This document shows, in pieces, positions 61,026 through 64,000 of a stretch of 64,000 nt of DNA (the stretch's first letter is position 1; each line of letters starts with the position of its first letter). This stretch comes from Callorhinchus milii (Eukaryota). The notes beneath the pieces were generated by a model that was not told the DNA's origin, ran no database searches, and saw only the letters and a list, made by a program, of their open reading frames with translations. The DNA lies in NCBI RefSeq assembly GCF_018977255.1, contig NW_024704743.1, positions 20,586,001 through 20,650,000 on the forward strand, written 5' to 3'. A program made the translations under genes and the position numbers.

Positions 61026-61514
61026 GTCAAAAATTATTTTCAAGAAGTGTCACACTTTCAGGATTTAATCTCATGCCCTCCCATGTAGGACATCTGTAAT
61101 CAGGAGCAGTTGCCTGTGGAATTATGAGCACCAACCTATATCTCATCCCTCCTAAAGCAGTAAGTTGGAAACGTCTGCAAGCATCTCTACAGCAAACCAA
61201 GATTGTGCGCGTTAGCAACAAGTTATCAATATTTACCCAGTTTAGCGCAAGTTCAGATGATCCGATTCAGCAGGTTGTGACTACTTGTGCATACTTGGGA
61301 AAGGTACCAAGTGAGGAAACAGTTAGGGTGAGAGTTCCATAGGCAAAGAAAGGAGTGTGTAGTTTTATCATTGGTACTATGATGGTTGCAAATGTTAACG
61401 TGCAGCGTGGACTTTTGCCTTAAGCGCACTATTATGGTGCTGCCCCATTCAATTTTAACCAAAACGTGGCAATTCAGTGAAATCTCTTCAATGTTGGAGA
61501 GGGGACAGATACAT

Positions 61515-61830
61515 TATAGATTCATAGAAAGTACAGTTCAGAAACAGGCCATTTGGCCCATCCAGTCCAGTAGTGTTTTACTCCACATCCTAGATCTTAC
61601 ACCTAGTCTAATATTCCATCTTATCCCCCACATATTCCTCAACTTTATTCTCCATCAACCATGTGGCCAATCTTTTTTTGAATGTGAAGCATATGGTTTC
61701 CACCTCAACTCATGCCTGTGGCAGGAAATTCCATACTCCCAGCACGCTGTGTGAAAAACTTCCTTGGAATTTCGTCCTGGATCTCCCATTTCCGATTTTA
61801 AAACTATGCCCTTTGGTTCTAGATCTCCTG
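61515..61830 (-). mobile_element. CR1 3' fragment, degraded
   Basis: caggccatttggcccatc...ttccatactcccagcacgctgtgtgaaaa...tatgccctttggttctag, the reverse complement of a CR1 3' region. Confidence 0.7.
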
Positions 61831-62489
61831 ACGATCAGGTGTTTCAGCACTGCAACAGTTAACCACAGTAATAATCCTTGCCTTTCATATAGCGTCTTAT
61901 CATGACTTCGAGACGTCCCAAAGGGCTTTACAGAAAACTACTGACTATGGTACAGCAAGGTAGAGAGTGAAGGTCATCACAATTACCGACTAGCTGCAAT
62001 CTGTAATCTGGTACACATTTGCAAAGTGTTACCACAGGAATGAGTGATACGGTATTAGTATCCAATTAGTAAGATTTAGCAAGGTGTTCTTGACCAACAG
62101 AGAACTCACTGAAAAGTAAAGATGTCCTGATAATATTTTTAGATCATCGAAATGCTCATTAACTTGGTGTCTTGGTACCAATGACCTTTAGAGGACGTCT
62201 AGATTAGGGATCAGATCATTTTGGTCTCAGTGAACAAAAAAAGTATGTAAGAAAGGAGAGCTTTTAGCAATCGTTGGGAATCAGAACAGTCAGAGAATGC
62301 TGAAGCTTTCCATTACAATTGTACGGCTTGATCAACTATACGTTCTAATAAAACTTTGATTCCAATACTTTATGTTTTGAGTACATCTGTTGTTTAGCAT
62401 CGAATGTGTAAGCCCATTGGAGAGAAGGGGATGAGGTTGACACTGACCACTGGAAATAATCCTCCGTGGCATCCTTTTTAAGCTTCCCA

Positions 62490-62760
62490 TCATCTTATAA
62501 AGCTCTCATATCCCCTTTCAGCGTTCTGAGCTCCAAAGAAAAAAAGGTCCATCAAGCTTTTCCCTATTCCAGGAAATATCTTAGTGGATCTTCTCTGTAA
62601 CACTTCCAATGCCTTAACATCTTTACGATAATGAGGAGCCCAAACTGTGCACAATATTCCAACTGCTGCCTGACCAATATTATGTACAAATTTAACATGC
62701 ACTCTTTATCCTGATACTCTATTCCCCTAGCTATAAATCCCAAGGCACCTTTGGATTTTA
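62490..62760 (-). mobile_element. CR1 RT fragment, degraded
   Basis: ORFs give ALGFIARGIEYQ, MLNLYIILVRQQLEYCAQF and WAPHYRKDVKALEVLQRR. Confidence 0.85.
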
Positions 62761-63188
62761 CACACAAAAAAAACAAAATTCAAAACATGATTTTCTTTGC
62801 ATCCTGCCCAAACCAGGACTACAGTATTTAATTGTGGGTGAAGTGAACACTGAAATTGCCAACAGCGAGGAATATCCTCTTGTTTGCAAGGTGTCCACAC
62901 GCTCACCAGGATAGGCCGGATGCAAATATGGAACAAAAGTGCTCCTTTGCTGTGGTTAGCACCCTATTTTTAAGATATCCCACAGTAGATCATCACAATA
63001 CGGTACAGTAATTTGAGATGGTTCCCATGGCAACGAATAGCGACTAGGGTCTTGAGCAACTGTAGGATTGGCCTGCCCCTCTTTCTTATGGACAAGTTTG
63101 ATAGAAGGAAAGTTTGAGTAAGCTGATTTGGTACATCACATGAAGTAATACATAATGTTGATGACCTTTTTTGAACAACACACACATA

Positions 63189-63489
63189 TGGTTAGAGCAC
63201 TCGCTTTGCAAGTGAGAGACCTGAGTTCAATTCCAGGCAGGGCGAAACCTTGGGCAAGTTTCCTTACTCCACACGCCTAATAATAATCCCCCCAAAACAA
63301 AACAATAATAAATTGGTCATCTTTAATCTACGACTGTTTGTGGGACATTGCTGTGCGCAATTGGCTGCCGCGTTCGCCCACAAATATACAGTCAATTCAC
63401 TTTACAGTGTGTGTTCTGTGAAGCGCTTTGGGACGTCCTCCCGACGTGAAAAGCGCTATATCAAATGCAAGGATTATTATTATTATTAT
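63189..63489 (+). mobile_element. tRNA-Ala-derived SINE, short (young) form, slightly 5'-clipped
   Basis: Near-identical to 46287-46606. Confidence 0.95.
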
Positions 63490-63739
63490 ATTGCAGAACC
63501 GAAAACCGATACAAATGATCTTGTGAACTTGATTGTGATTGAAGAGAAGACCAACCTTCAATCACCACAAACTCTCTTCCAAATCCACTTATCCTCACTC
63601 TCTCTTTTCCTGCTTTTAAAATCTCCTTAAGAGATTTCTTGAACTGTTCCCTCAGTCACCTATAAATTCATCCAACTTCTAGTTTGATGTCCGCCACATC
63701 CAGTCATATTCTTCCTTTTTTCGTAAATGCCAACCAGCC

Positions 63740-64000
63740 TGTCAGCCTGGTTCAGTCAGTAGCATTCGTTTGTCTCTGAGTCAGAAAGTTGTGGGTTCAA
63801 GCCCCATGTCAGGACTTGAGCTCATCGTCTAGAATGACCCTCAAATGTAGTGTTTGGTGAGTGTTGCGTTGGCAGAGATAATGTCTGTTGGGTGAGGTGT
63901 TAAACTGAGATCCTGTCTGCCTGCTCAGGTGGACATTAAAGATCCAATTTGAAAAGAGAAGGGAGTTTTTCTCATTGTCCTGGCCAACAATCCTCCTGAT
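63740..64000 (+). mobile_element. Deu-domain-like SINE, runs off the window end
   Basis: Head cagcctggttcagtcagtagc...gggttcaagccc, then ggtgaggtgttaaactgagatcctgtctgcc...ggacattaaagatcc...tgtcctggccaac, resembling the Deu central domain of DeuSINEs. Confidence 0.7.

Overview
Vertebrate nuclear DNA, most likely from a cartilaginous fish (holocephalan/shark-type repeat complement; this is an inference). The window lies inside a minus-strand PIP4K2A gene. Two short coding exons are visible (31506-31603 and 20256-20352, equivalent to exons 2 and 3), and I did not find exon 1 or exon 4. The rest is intronic and dominated by retroposons: CR1 and L2 LINE fragments, a young tRNA-Ala-headed SINE in long and short forms, and an older Deu-domain-like SINE with the same L2-derived tail. 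Rarer relics include a ~2.4-kb 34-bp minisatellite apparently grown inside a piggyBac-like remnant, a Gypsy/Ginger-type integrase remnant, DIRS-like RT remnants, a decayed 28S rRNA fragment split by a SINE, and a three-copy structured element with a conserved CTGATGA. Almost all ORF-track entries are spurious or repeat-derived. I see no firm evidence of a new multi-gene system. The findings are hypotheses read by eye, and repeat boundaries are approximate.
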